Shown: piece after piece, positions 52,670 to 63,720 of the stretch | Position numbering within the stretch: position 1 is the stretch's first letter | How the letters are laid out: each line of letters starts with the position of its first letter | DNA from: Candidatus Bathyarchaeota archaeon | GTDB lineage: Archaea > Thermoproteota > Bathyarchaeia > Bathyarchaeales > DTEX01 | NCBI GenBank assembly: GCA_963714275.1 | Contig: CAVQNT010000006.1 | Span: 160,001 to 224,000, forward strand | Length of the DNA stretch: 64,000 bases | Direction of reading: 5' to 3' | Translations under genes and position numbers: made by a program | The notes under the pieces: generated by a model | What the model was told of the DNA's origin: nothing | Databases searched by the model: none | The model's input: the letters and a program-made list of their open reading frames with translations, nothing else

Positions 52670-54949
52670 GTGCGCTTGAAGTTCAAAGTTAGAGGCATTG
52701 TTCAAGGCGTAGGCTTCAGACCGTTCATTTACCGTACCGCAGTTAGGAACCGTTTAAGCGGATATGTTCGGAACAAGGGCGACGCAGGAGTCGAAATACT
52801 AGTTGAAGGGCACCCAAAAAACGTCGAAAACTTCATAGAAGACCTGAAGAACAAAAAGCCTCCTTTAGCACAAATTTACGAAATCATCACGGAGCAAAAG
52901 AACGGAAACAACCAGCACCAAAGCTTCTCGATATTGAAAAGCTCCAATGAAGCTGAGCTTTCAGGCTCCGTTATCCCGCCGGACATTGCGGTTTGTGACC
53001 AATGCCTAGAGGATCTCCGTGACCCGAATGACAAGCGGCACGACTATTTTTTCATTACCTGCACGGATTGTGGTCCAAGATACACGATCATCGAAAGCCT
53101 TCCCTATGACCGCGTAAACACCAAAATGCGCGATTTCACAATTTGTGGCTTCTGCGAAAAGGAATACACGGACCCTTCGAACCGAAGGTTCCACGCCCAA
53201 ACCGTTGCCTGCCCAAAGTGCGGACCCAAAGCCTACTTAATAACAAACACTGGAGAACCAACCGTATACAAAGATCCAATACGTGAAGCAGGAAAACTAG
53301 TTTCAGAAGGATCAATTGTCGCAATCAAAGGATACGGGGGCTTCCATGTTGCTGCTTCAGCAGTCATGAGTGAACCTTTAGTTCAGCTGAGGACGACTAA
53401 ACATCGAAGCCAAAAACCCTTTGCATTAATGGCGCCAAGCCTTGAAGCTATAGAAACGTTCGTTGAAGTAAACGAAACGGAGAAGGAACTGTTAAAGTCT
53501 TACTCGCGTCCGATTGTTCTATTAAGGAAATCCCGATATTATTTTCTTTCTGACTTGGTTGCTCCGGGTCTACATAATGTCGGCGTGATGTTGCCTTACA
53601 CCGGTCTTCACTACATGCTTTTTGACTGGGCGAACGAGTCAGCTTTTGTTATGACCAGTGCTAACCCGCCTAATGAACCCATAATCAAGGACGACAATGA
53701 AGCCCTAAGGCACTCAGCAAGGTTGTGGACTATTTTCTTTTTCACAATAGGCAAATCTCACATCGCTGCGACGATTCTGTTGTTCGAGTTCACGGCGAAA
53801 ATTCCGTCTTTGTTAGACGCTCAAGAGGATATGCGCCTGCACCCATAGTTCTAAAGAACGAAAGCAGACATTGCGTGGTAGGATTAGGTGGCGAACTCAA
53901 CAACACTGCCTGCGTCCTCTTAGGAGACAAGGCGTTCATTTCCCAACACGTGGGCGACGTAGAAAACCTTGAAACCAAGGAATTCATGAAGGAATCGGTT
54001 AAACATCTGGTCCATCTTACAAACAGCAAGGTCGAAACCGTAGCTTGCGATCTGCACCCGAAGTTCACGACAACAATGCTTGCCCGCGAACTCGCTCACG
54101 AAAACGGTTGGCTTATGGTTCAGGTTCAGCACCATCATGCTCACGTGGCAGCGTTAATGGCTGAGCACAATGTCAACGAGATTGTCGGCATCTGCTGCGA
54201 CGGTTACGGCTACGGTTTAGATGGAGAAGCATGGGGTGGTGAAATCCTTTACTGCAATCAGGGAGCTGCCGGGCTTTAAAAGAGTGGCTCATCTTCAAAA
54301 ACAACCTTTAGTCGGCGGAGACTTGGCGACCCGTTATCCTCTGCGGATGGCTGCTGGAATGTTACAGGATGAACCAGATTTGGAGAACTGGCTTTTTACG
54401 AAACAGGATCTTTTTCCTCACGGTGAGAAGGAGGTTGAGGTTATCCTGAAACAATTGAAAAATAGGAAAGACATGATTTTGACTAGCAGTTGTGGAAGAG
54501 TGCTTGACGCTGTTGCAGCTGTTCTGGGGGTGTGTCACGAACGCACCTACGAAGGTGAACCAGCAATGAAACTTGAATCCTTAGCTATTAAAAGTAAAAC
54601 CCCCCTAAGAATCGAGCTAAAAATTGAAGGCAATACGCTAAACACGACAATCATGGTTCAGGAAATATTCAAAAATAGAGAAAAAGTGGCTAAGGAAGAT
54701 TTAGCCCGCGCAGCCTATGAATACCTAGCTGAAGGGTTAGCTGTCTTAGCCGTCGAAAAAGCCCGAGAGAAAGGCTTAAAGCATGTTGGTTTCACAGGCG
54801 GCGTCGCATGCAACGAGGTCATCTCTTCCACGATGCGAAAGACCGTTGAGTCTTCAGGTTTAAAATTCCTAGTTCACGAGGTTGTTCCGCCGGGCGATGG
54901 AGGAACATCGTTCGGTCAGGCTGCGGTTGCGGGTTTTCAAAGCCCTTAG
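52670..54949 (+). CDS. hypF: Carbamoyltransferase HypF, indels near 53715 and 54270
   Basis: GIVQGVGFRPF, Zn fingers, RRFHAQ, KGYGGFH, QHHHAH, PPGDGG. Confidence 0.96.
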
Positions 54950-55000
54950 CCATAACGATTTTATGTTACACGCTGTTTTTTTCATGTGAGTGTATGTTAA

Positions 55001-55225
55001 ATGTGTCTAGCAATCCCAGCGAGGATTTTAAGCGTCAATGACGGAATGGCGCAGGTTGATTTTGGAAATGGCGTCTTACGGGAAGTTAGCGTTATGTTGG
55101 TTGAGGCGAGAAAAGGGGACTATGTTCTTGTTCACGCAGGCTACGCGATTCAGGTTCTTGACGAAAAGGAAGCTGAAGAAACCCTACGGCTATGGGATGA
55201 GATACTGAAAAACGAATCAGATTAA
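55001..55225 (+). CDS. hypC: Hydrogenase chaperone HypC
   Basis: MCLAIPA...GDYVLVHAGYAI. Confidence 0.97.
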   Translation: MCLAIPARILSVNDGMAQVDFGNGVLREVSVMLVEARKGDYVLVHAGYAIQVLDEKEAEETLRLWDEILKNESD

Positions 55226-55338
55226 TCAGAAACAATGAAACAATACTGAGCATAATTCGTTTAGGAAAAAAAAGAAAGAATCAACAAAAAGTTCAAAAAT
55301 TTTTACAAAAAAATAATTGATGGTTGGTAAGACAGTGT

Positions 55339-55473
55339 CTACCAATCGTCGTCGTCTTCTTCCCAATCGTCGTCCTCTTTGGATTCTTCTTCTTCCCAGT
55401 CTTCGTTTTCTTCCCAGTCTGAATCTTCGTCGTCTTCGTCTTTCTTCTTTTCTGGTTCTTTCTTCATAGACAT
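55339..55473 (-). CDS. 44 aa hyper-acidic micro-protein with DWEE repeats
   Basis: MSMKKEPEKKKDEDDEDSDWEENEDWEEEESKEDDDWEEDDDDW; GAGGT SD. Confidence 0.6.
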   Translation of the reverse strand: MSMKKEPEKKKDEDDEDSDWEENEDWEEEESKEDDDWEEDDDDW

Positions 55474-55840
55474 TTTTATTACCTCGCAAATTAATCCCCC
55501 ATATCAGTAATCAGATAAACCTTAGCAGTAGAACACAATGCTACTATTTTCGTCTAAAAAAGGCTTTGAAAGTCAAAAAACCCTTTAATTTAATAAAACC
55601 TAATTTTTTTCCTTTTTTTCTTAAAAATGGCTTTTTTTTCCTATTATAATTAAGAAAAGATTGAAAAAATAAACGAAATTGCCATTCTTTGATGATGGCT
55701 TAAAGGTGCAAAAGAACGAGCAATTCAGTAAAATTATCTCAGAACTTGAGATACTTGGCTAATCAAGAGACTTAACTTCTAGTAATTTTAGGAGAAAATA
55801 ACTGAAGGCAATAAATACCGCTGAAAACCAAAATAGTATT

Positions 55841-56926
55841 ATGACAAGCGCGAAATTCAGAGACCCAACCACAGCTAAACGCGTAACAGAAAAAATCCGT
55901 GAACTTACGCCAAAAAATGGGGACATCAAAATTTGTCACGTGTGCGGAACCCACGAATGGGCAATCACCCATCATGGTCTTCGAAACCTTCTTCCCCCGA
56001 ACATAGAAGTCATCGCGGGTCCAGGCTGCCCTGTCTGCATCGTCCCAGCTTCAGAGATTGACGAAGCCGTTGAGCTGGCTTTGAAAGGCGTGGTCATAAC
56101 CTGCTTCGGAGACATCCTGCGTGTTCCTGGTTCGCGAATGTCGCTTTTGGACGCTAAGGCTGAAGGAGCAGCTGTCAGAGTCGTCTACAGCATCAGAGAC
56201 GCGGTTAACATGGCTAAAAAAGAAGATGACATAGAATTCGCTTTTTTTGCCGTAGGTTTCGAGACTACTGCGCCCTCAACAGCCACAGAGGTGCTAGGCA
56301 AGCCCCCAAAGAATCTTAGTTTTCTGGTGTCTCACCGTTTGATTCCGCCCGCAATGAAACTCTTGGTCGAGATGAAGGACTTGAACCTTAACGGATTCAT
56401 CGCGCCTGGACATGTCAGCACCGTGATCGGGCTTAAACCCTACGAGGTTTTTCCTAAAGAATATGGTGTGCCGACGGTCGTGGCTGGGTTTGAACCGTTG
56501 GACATCCTTTTCGGAATATACATGATTCTGAAGCAGCTTTTCGAAGGCCAGCCACGACTGGAAAATGAGTATTCACGTGTTGTTAAACCGGAAGGCAACC
56601 CTAAAGCTCAAATTGTCATACAGAAGGCTTTTCAAATCAGCAATGGCAACTGGCGTGGCCTAGGCTCAATCCCTCAGTCAAAGCTTACTTTTCGAAAGGA
56701 ATTTTCCGACTTCGATACTCACCTCAAATACGGAGTAAAGGTTGAACACAGCGTGGATTTGCAGCCAGGTTGTAGGTGCCACCTAGTGATAGTTGGCAAG
56801 ATTAAACCCACTGAATGCCCATTGTTCATGAAAGCATGTAATCCAAAGAAGCCCGTCGGCGCATGTATGGTCAGCAGCGAAGGAACCTGTAGAATTTGGG
56901 CAAGGTCACCGAGACCACAAAATTAA
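55841..56926 (+). CDS. hypD: Hydrogenase formation protein HypD
   Basis: CGTHE, GPGCPVC, GFETTAP, PGHVS, GACMVSSEGTC. Confidence 0.97.
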   Translation: MTSAKFRDPTTAKRVTEKIRELTPKNGDIKICHVCGTHEWAITHHGLRNLLPPNIEVIAGPGCPVCIVPASEIDEAVELALKGVVITCFGDILRVPGSRMSLLDAKAEGAAVRVVYSIRDAVNMAKKEDDIEFAFFAVGFETTAPSTATEVLGKPPKNLSFLVSHRLIPPAMKLLVEMKDLNLNGFIAPGHVSTVIGLKPYEVFPKEYGVPTVVAGFEPLDILFGIYMILKQLFEGQPRLENEYSRVVKPEGNPKAQIVIQKAFQISNGNWRGLGSIPQSKLTFRKEFSDFDTHLKYGVKVEHSVDLQPGCRCHLVIVGKIKPTECPLFMKACNPKKPVGACMVSSEGTCRIWARSPRPQN

Positions 56927-57105
56927 GGGGATCATGAGATTTTGCTTTCAGTCCAATCATATCCATGGTGTGATAACAAACTTGGAAAGAATTACTGGCT
57001 TTCTCGAAGAAATCTTACTGTTCGAAACATAGGGCTTCAAAGATTAAAGTTATAGGATAAATCCGCAATCATGTCATATAAAAACTATTTAAACAGCAAG
57101 AAAAC

Positions 57106-58355
57106 ATGAAAGAGGTCATTAGCATGTTAAAAGTGGGATTAATTGGCTGCGGACACATTATGCCCTCTCATCTTTATGGGTATAAAGCCTTAATGGAAAA
57201 AGGTATAGACATCAGAATCAAAGCGTTATGTGCAAGAAAAATTGACGATGCGAAACGGTTCAGAAGCCCAGCAGAAGGCATTCCTCCGGTTAAGCCTGTT
57301 GGACCACGCGGCGACCCGATGAACAAACCCACGATTTACGTTTCTGATTTTCAGAAAGACGCTGAAGTAGAGGTTTACTCCGACTATAAGGAGATGCTCA
57401 GGAAATCCGAGGTTGACGCCATCGAAATCTATTCATCCGTTTTTTCCCACCACGAAATAGCTTTAGCATGCATCGAGGCTGGAAAACACGTTTTGGTCGA
57501 GAAACCATTCGCTTTAACAGTCAAGGCTGCACGCAGAATGGTTAAGGCTGCAGAAAGGCAAGGTGTGGTTCTAGGAGTCGCGGAAAACATGAGGTACTTT
57601 GTGGATGTCAGAGAGACGAAGTGGGCAATCGACCAAGGCTACATCGGCGACGTGCAGGTTACGATCGGTGGATCTATAGGAGGATTCTGGTCTCCAGACA
57701 AGATTGTCGCGGAAACCTCATGGAGGCACAAGAAACTGTTCGCAGGCGGGGGCGCAACGATCGATGTCGGCGTTCACTTGCTGCATTTTCTGCGTTACAT
57801 CTGCAGCGAAATCGACGAAATTTCAAGCTTAGTCGAAACACTCGAAAAGAACAGGTATACTAAAGATAAAACAGACAAAATTGTCGAAAAGACCGAAAGC
57901 AACGTTGACGATTCCTTCTTCAGCCTAATCAAATACAAGAACGGAGCCGTGGGACAGCACTTCGTCTCGTGGGGAGGACACGGAGAAGCTTTTCGACGCC
58001 TCGAATCATTTATGGAACCAAGGGATGCATAAAAGGCAACACATTGATAAATGATGATGGAACAAAGGCTGATGTATCTGAACTTTTCCAGAAAAACGCC
58101 AAGAAAGAGGTTAAAGAAAAATTCTTCCCGTACGGCATAAAAGACGCGATGGCTCTCGAGACCCTTGATTTTGTTAGAGCCATCAAGGAAGATCGGGAAA
58201 TGGAGACAAGCGGACGCGAGGGACTGCGAGACTTGGCTGCGTCGTACGCTTTGATTGAGTCTTCGTTGTCTGGGAAATCCGTGAAGGTCGACGACATTGA
58301 ATCGGGCAAATTATGCCATTACGAAGACGAAATCAATAAATATTACGAAATATAA
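57106..58355 (+). CDS. Gfo/Idh/MocA oxidoreductase, indel near 57995
   Basis: GLIGCG, GKHVLVEKP, DVGVH. Confidence 0.9.
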
Positions 58356-58743
58356 CAAAAAATAATTTCTGTGCCACTTCTACCTTATCTCAGCTAATCT
58401 CAAAAAGTCTGAAGATTTCTTATGTCGTTATAAAAATGTGGGTCTTGATACAACTCTTGGTATTGAGATTCCTCTAATTCTCTTACTCTCGATTCTGACA
58501 TAAAATAATGACAAGCGGCAATAAAATTCCGGACAAGCCAGTTTTGGAAACGATTGCCTCAATCCGGACTTAATCCATATGTATCTGCCATATGCTGGGT
58601 TATTTGCCCTTTAAGTCTTACATATCCAGACATGATGTGCTGCACCAAATAGAAATGCTAATTCGAAATACATTAAGGGCCACCTTTAATTAGAATGATG
58701 TTTTTAATACCCATAACCCCATTATACTATATTCATAATTTGT

Positions 58744-59316
58744 TCACAAGAATTTTCCTAGTCTTGTAGAGACTTCTTGGTTAAATCTGTTGATGTAGTC
58801 CGCAACATATTCTACCATGTCGAGCTGTGGGTTTTTAATCAGGGGCGTGAGTTCCATTGCATAGATCATTGCTGTTGTGATGTCTATGCTATGGCTCATA
58901 ATATGTGGCGTTGGCTCTCCTCCTCCCTATAGTGGCAAGATCGTACCTTTTTCCCACCGGATATCTGAGGGTCGAAGACACCAGTCAGAGCCACAGCAAG
59001 ATTCTCGTGGGCACCAACGTCGAACACAACCTTGTCCGAATCAACTATCCAATCGAGATCTCTCCAAACCTCGCAACCGTAAATTTTCTGCGGATGCATA
59101 GTGAGCTAGCCTTGGGCTGCCAGCCCCATCAGTAATAATCACTCCGAGAAACCGTTTTTCTTTTTTCATGTAACATTCTAAAATTCCGTGATATGCCATT
59201 ATTTCAAGATCGTCAGGGTGTGCGCCGATACCCATGTGCGTCGTTCTCGTCAAGGCTTCCTCAATGGATTTGCCATCTGGAACATAAAACTCCGCTGTGT
59301 CCTTGCCAAATCTCAT
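58744..59316 (-). pseudogene. PIG-L family deacetylase with an internal deletion and indels
   Basis: AHPDDLE and TDGAGSPR joined directly to YGCEVWRDLDW; the RxxE and HxxH/HxDH region is missing. Confidence 0.7.
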
Positions 59317-59318
59317 AC

Positions 59319-60736
59319 TTACATCTCCTTACCTTGCTTTATAGATGGAAGGCTCGCAGACTGCAATAGGCTTGACCGACTCGTCTACTGGACTCATCAG
59401 GAAGATGGATTCTTATACGAGCCGCCAAGTCGGGAAACTCAACCTTCAAGACTTCTTCTGCCTTCCTAAAGATTATATTGCCTCCTTCCCCCGAGGTGAC
59501 ACGCCCCATAAGTAGAACATGTTTGATGTCATAGAAGTCTGCATAATACGCGATGCCGTATCCTATATAGCATCCAATCGTCTCAAAAATTTTTTTTGCG
59601 TCCTCATGCCCTTCTGACAATATCGTCTGGACATACTTCAGCTTCTCTGCTGAAGTCTGCTTTTCTTCAAGAGCTATCCCCGCCTTCGGCGCAAGTCTGA
59701 CAACCGCCTCTTGAGAGTAATACTGTGCGCCACATCCGCTGTCACCTGACCACTCGTCAACGGGGGCATTCGGGTTAAAATCAACTGGCACAAAAGCAAG
59801 TTCGTTAAGCCATCCGGTTATATTGCCCTGTCTGTCTATATATCCTCCAGCTTCGCTTGAACCTAAGGCGATGCCGAGGACTCTCGTGTCATTAAGACTC
59901 ATGGCTCCGGGAAGTGCTGCAACATCACCATCGTGGATGACTTCCAACGGTATGCCTCCCCACTCCTCCTTTATTTCTAGGAATAGGTTCGCCACCTTCT
60001 TCTCAAACATTTCTTTAGGAATTCCTCTGAAAAGCGAAGCGACCCTAACATGGTTGTTTATGTAGATCCCTGCTGCACTTACACCAATTGCGTCAACCTT
60101 TGGCATACGTGAGGCTGTGGTACGCAATTCACTCATGATTTCATTAAAGTGATAATTTGAGTCACTCTGAGCCTTCGGGTTCCATACCACTTCTTCGCTT
60201 AAGACCACTTCGCCATTGATGACCGCCACAACTTTTCTGTCACTTGCCCCTGCGTCAAACCCGATGCGGCACCCGTCTAAGTGCCTACTTAAATGAACTG
60301 TTTCTTCCTTTGGTTGTGGAAGATCGTAAAAGTCTACTTTTTCAACTGTAAAGGGCTTCTCGTAAACACCACCCATGAACTCAGCGTCGAAGGCACGCTT
60401 GCCTCTTGGCGAATACTCATTCTCAATGTGGTAACCGACTTTTCTAGATCCACCAATTGTTACCTTCCAACCGCCCCACATCCACAGAAGAGTCTTGACA
60501 AGACGCTCAACATAATATTGATTAGTCTTGACCATTTTGAACTGTTCAGAAAAAACGGATGTACGGAAGACCGAGGTCATGCCGTTGTTCCGCTCAATGG
60601 CGATTCCCAAAGGCTCTTTTTTTCCAGACCTGCAGACTACTTCAAGAAATGTATAGTTATAAAGCACAGATGGTCGGAAATCCCGATCAAGAGGCGGCTC
60701 TACTTTAGGCTTAATTAGTTTAGCCTCTGAACACAT
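59319..60736 (-). CDS. ROK-family sugar kinase-like protein, 3' indel
   Basis: IGFDAGASDRK, GVSAAG, DGDVAAL, LGSSEAGG, LNELAF. Confidence 0.85.
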
Positions 60737-61199
60737 GCTCTTTAATTCCCTTTTCAGATGCAACATCGTAACAGAAAACATCTTACTATATGGAAATATT
60801 TTTGATTTTCTATTTATAGCATCTTGCTTTACTGGTTCAAAACTTTAAGAGGTCAGATGAGCACATTTTTACCATATCCTTTATCTTTGTATTCCTGCAT
60901 GAAGTCTCTAGAAGCTTTGGGTTCACTGAGTCAAACAAGAGCGCATTATAATTCATTCTATATTCCTTGAATCATTTCACATATCTATCTATCTAAAATT
61001 TCCTTTTTTTGCTCTTATTTCCATTGATGTTTTGAGAATAGACTCTAAAAAATTTATGTAGGTATCTTTTTTTTATTAATTCTAATAATGATTTCATTGA
61101 TATCTTCAAAGAAAATGCAACGACAACCTTCTTTTTCAGCTCTGTCTTTAAGCAATCCATAGTTTATTTTTTTGAATAATAGTCTTTTCGTGTTCCATA

Positions 61200-61394
61200 A
61201 TCTTTAGGGATGTTCGAACAACGGTTAAAAGCCTTAGTAATCGCTGTTATATATTCAATTTCAAAAGCCCAAGTAATTTTCCTATCTTTAATCTCTATTA
61301 AATCAATTTGCTGGATAGAGCCTAGTTCATCTGGCAAAACTTCAAAAAAAATTACTTCACAAAATCACAATATTCTGCCAATGACTTCCTTCAT
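61200..61394 (-). pseudogene. Degraded PD-(D/E)XK-like domain (restriction/methylase-associated)
   Basis: QQIDLIEIKDRKITWAFEIEYITAITKAFNRCSNIP with a nearby stop codon; AT-rich. Confidence 0.4.
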
Positions 61395-61453
61395 ATAATT
61401 CCTTTTGCACTTCTTCTACCATTAAAGACCTTTATCGAACTGTACCATATATA

Positions 61454-61528
61454 TCCATCAAAGTCGATGATGTTGAAACTGGAAAGGTAAGCAATTATGA
61501 AGAGGAAATCAACAAACAATATGGATTA
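61454..61528 (+). pseudogene. 3' remnant of a Gfo/Idh/MocA paralog
   Basis: SIKVDDVETGKVSNYEEEINKQYGL vs SVKVDDIESGKLCHYEDEINKYYEI (58278-58352), 15/25 identical. Confidence 0.7.
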
Positions 61529-61553
61529 TATCGTAAAACATGGTGTAAGGTAA

Positions 61554-62600
61554 ATGAAGTTCTCGGATTTTGCGGATTTACCCGTAATCGACGGTCACGC
61601 GCATTTCGGTGGTTTCGACGCAGGGAACGTTCAATGGGCCTTTAAAGAATTACACAGGCAAAGCGAGCTCTATGCAGATGTTTTGGAGAAGGGAAAACTC
61701 AGCGGGATGTACGTAACAGGGCGAGATGCAAGCTTATACTTTAAATTGAGATTTCCACGTCGGTTCTACACTGGCGGATTTGTGCCATGGTCAGGTGAGA
61801 CCGATTCCTTACCTAATGTGGATTGGAACAAGTACATTATGATGCTTAGTGAGTTAGGGTTTGACGGAGTCGGCGAGATGGGAAACAAGCCTGTTCTTAG
61901 GAATAAGCACACGCCATTAAACAGCGATTATTACAGGGGCTTCTGGGACGAATGTGAATCACTCGGGTTTCCAGTTCTTTGTCATGTCGCTGATCCTGAG
62001 GAGTTCTGGGACGAGAAGTCAGCTCCAGATTGGGCGAAGAAGCAAAAATGGGTCTACTACCTCGACGACTATCCAACGAAAGAAGAGTTATACAACGAGA
62101 TGGAGGATGTCCTCAACGCTCACCCGAACCTTAAGATTGTTCTGTGCCACTTCTACTTTATTTCAGCTAACCTCGAAAAAGCCGAGGAGTTTCTGAACCA
62201 TTACAGAAATGTTGGTCTCGATTTGACACTCGGCATCGAGCTCATGTACAACATTTCCCAAAGCAGAGACGACTGGAGAACCTTTTTCATCAAGCATCAG
62301 GACCGAATCTTCTTCGGCACCGACATCGCCACCTGGCAAACAATTCAGGAAACGCTTGACAGGATATGGCTGATCAGAAACTTTCTAGAGTCGGACGAAG
62401 AGTTCTATACGCCTTCAACTGCTGACAAGCTTCTAACAAGATACGAAAAGCCTTTCATCGGGCTGAAGCTGCCGAAAGAAGCCGTAAGAAAAATTTACGC
62501 AGACAACTTCCAGAGATTGTGGGGAAAGAAGCCCAGAAAAGTCAACAGGGAATTAGCGTTGAAAATCCTGAAAGAGAAAGGCGAAAAAAGCTGTTGCTGA
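61554..62600 (+). CDS. Amidohydrolase family protein
   Basis: IDGHAH, LCHVADP, LCHF, FFGTD. Confidence 0.88.
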   Translation: MKFSDFADLPVIDGHAHFGGFDAGNVQWAFKELHRQSELYADVLEKGKLSGMYVTGRDASLYFKLRFPRRFYTGGFVPWSGETDSLPNVDWNKYIMMLSELGFDGVGEMGNKPVLRNKHTPLNSDYYRGFWDECESLGFPVLCHVADPEEFWDEKSAPDWAKKQKWVYYLDDYPTKEELYNEMEDVLNAHPNLKIVLCHFYFISANLEKAEEFLNHYRNVGLDLTLGIELMYNISQSRDDWRTFFIKHQDRIFFGTDIATWQTIQETLDRIWLIRNFLESDEEFYTPSTADKLLTRYEKPFIGLKLPKEAVRKIYADNFQRLWGKKPRKVNRELALKILKEKGEKSCC

Positions 62601-62628
62601 TGCTATAAAGGAAATCGCTTAAGTTTTT

Positions 62629-62895
62629 TTATATTTTATGTTTGCCTTTTAAGTTCAGAATCAAATCTATCGCCATTCCGATAAGCGTCCCGATGGCAGT
62701 GAAGACAAGAATAAAGTATATCTCGAGAGCGAAATTATACTGTGCTAGTGCCCAGTAACCGAATATGTCGAGAAAAAGGGCAATGTACCATGGCATGTCC
62801 CTAATGTAGGGTGTAACCCACACAGATGCGTACAAGACAACGCCAATGATTAAGCCAACACATGTGCCAATTATGGTGCCTTTCAAGTCTACCAA
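62629..62895 (-). CDS. Small membrane protein
   Basis: Hydrophobic helices. Confidence 0.55.
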   Translation of the reverse strand: MVDLKGTIIGTCVGLIIGVVLYASVWVTPYIRDMPWYIALFLDIFGYWALAQYNFALEIYFILVFTAIGTLIGMAIDLILNLKGKHKI

Positions 62896-63053
62896 AAGAC
62901 TTCAAGGAAAATCCCCAATAACACCTTACTATTAAACAATCAAATAAGCATTTACCATGTTTCACCATTAAAGTATAAGATAAAGGAATGAACAGAGAAA
63001 CCGAAGAATTTTTGGAAATAAAGTTATGAACCTTTTTCTACTGAAAAATGTCC

Positions 63054-63698
63054 TTACTTGAACTCGTATTTTTCACCTTGATTAAGCAGAGTCACCTTTA
63101 TTTTTGATGATTGTTCAACAAGCTTTTTGAACTGTTTTGGGTCAGAGTCCAAAGTGTGCATCGGAATAGCGACTTGAGGCTTAATTGCTAAGGTTGCCTC
63201 CGCAACTTCAGGGTTGTCCATTGTGTAGGTTCCGCCAGTCGGCAGAATGGCGAGAAATACATTTTTTAGTTCATTGATCTCTTGAACGAAATCAGTGTCT
63301 CCAGCGTAGTAAACGGTTTTTCCACTTGCAGTAATCAAGTATCCAAGCCCTGAGCCATTTGGGTGAAAGGGGGCGCCAGGCGACCTGAACCGTTTGATAT
63401 TATATGCTTGAACCGCCTCGATGATAAAATCATTCATTGTTACTTTTTCACCAGCTTTCAAGACCTTAACTTTCCCTTTAATTCTGGATAAGCAGGTCGA
63501 TGGTGCGATGATGATGGTTTCTTCCTTTCGGATTTTTTCGATTTTTGAAATATCACAGTGGTCGAAATGTTCGTGGGAAACGAGTATCATGTCCGCCTTG
63601 TCGACATATGTGCCTTCGTAATGGTCAACGTAAATATTAAAACCGTTCACTTTGATTTGAAAACTGGCATGTCCCAACCATTTTATTGTAAAGCCCAT
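63054..63698 (-). CDS. MBL-fold metallo-hydrolase
   Basis: WLGHASF, SHEHFDH, YAGDT, IPMH. Confidence 0.92.
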   Translation of the reverse strand: MGFTIKWLGHASFQIKVNGFNIYVDHYEGTYVDKADMILVSHEHFDHCDISKIEKIRKEETIIIAPSTCLSRIKGKVKVLKAGEKVTMNDFIIEAVQAYNIKRFRSPGAPFHPNGSGLGYLITASGKTVYYAGDTDFVQEINELKNVFLAILPTGGTYTMDNPEVAEATLAIKPQVAIPMHTLDSDPKQFKKLVEQSSKIKVTLLNQGEKYEFK

Positions 63699-63720
63699 GT
63701 TTTACACCATTTTGGTTTTT

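Noticed and set aside
55226-55489. Arg-rich 87 aa ORF in the track
   Set aside because: Shadow frame of the acidic DWEE peptide, which has the SD-linked ATG.
58390-58735. AT-rich minus-strand fragments (YFELAFLFG...) as a second TIR-like gene
   Set aside because: Multiple stops and too little motif to assign a family.
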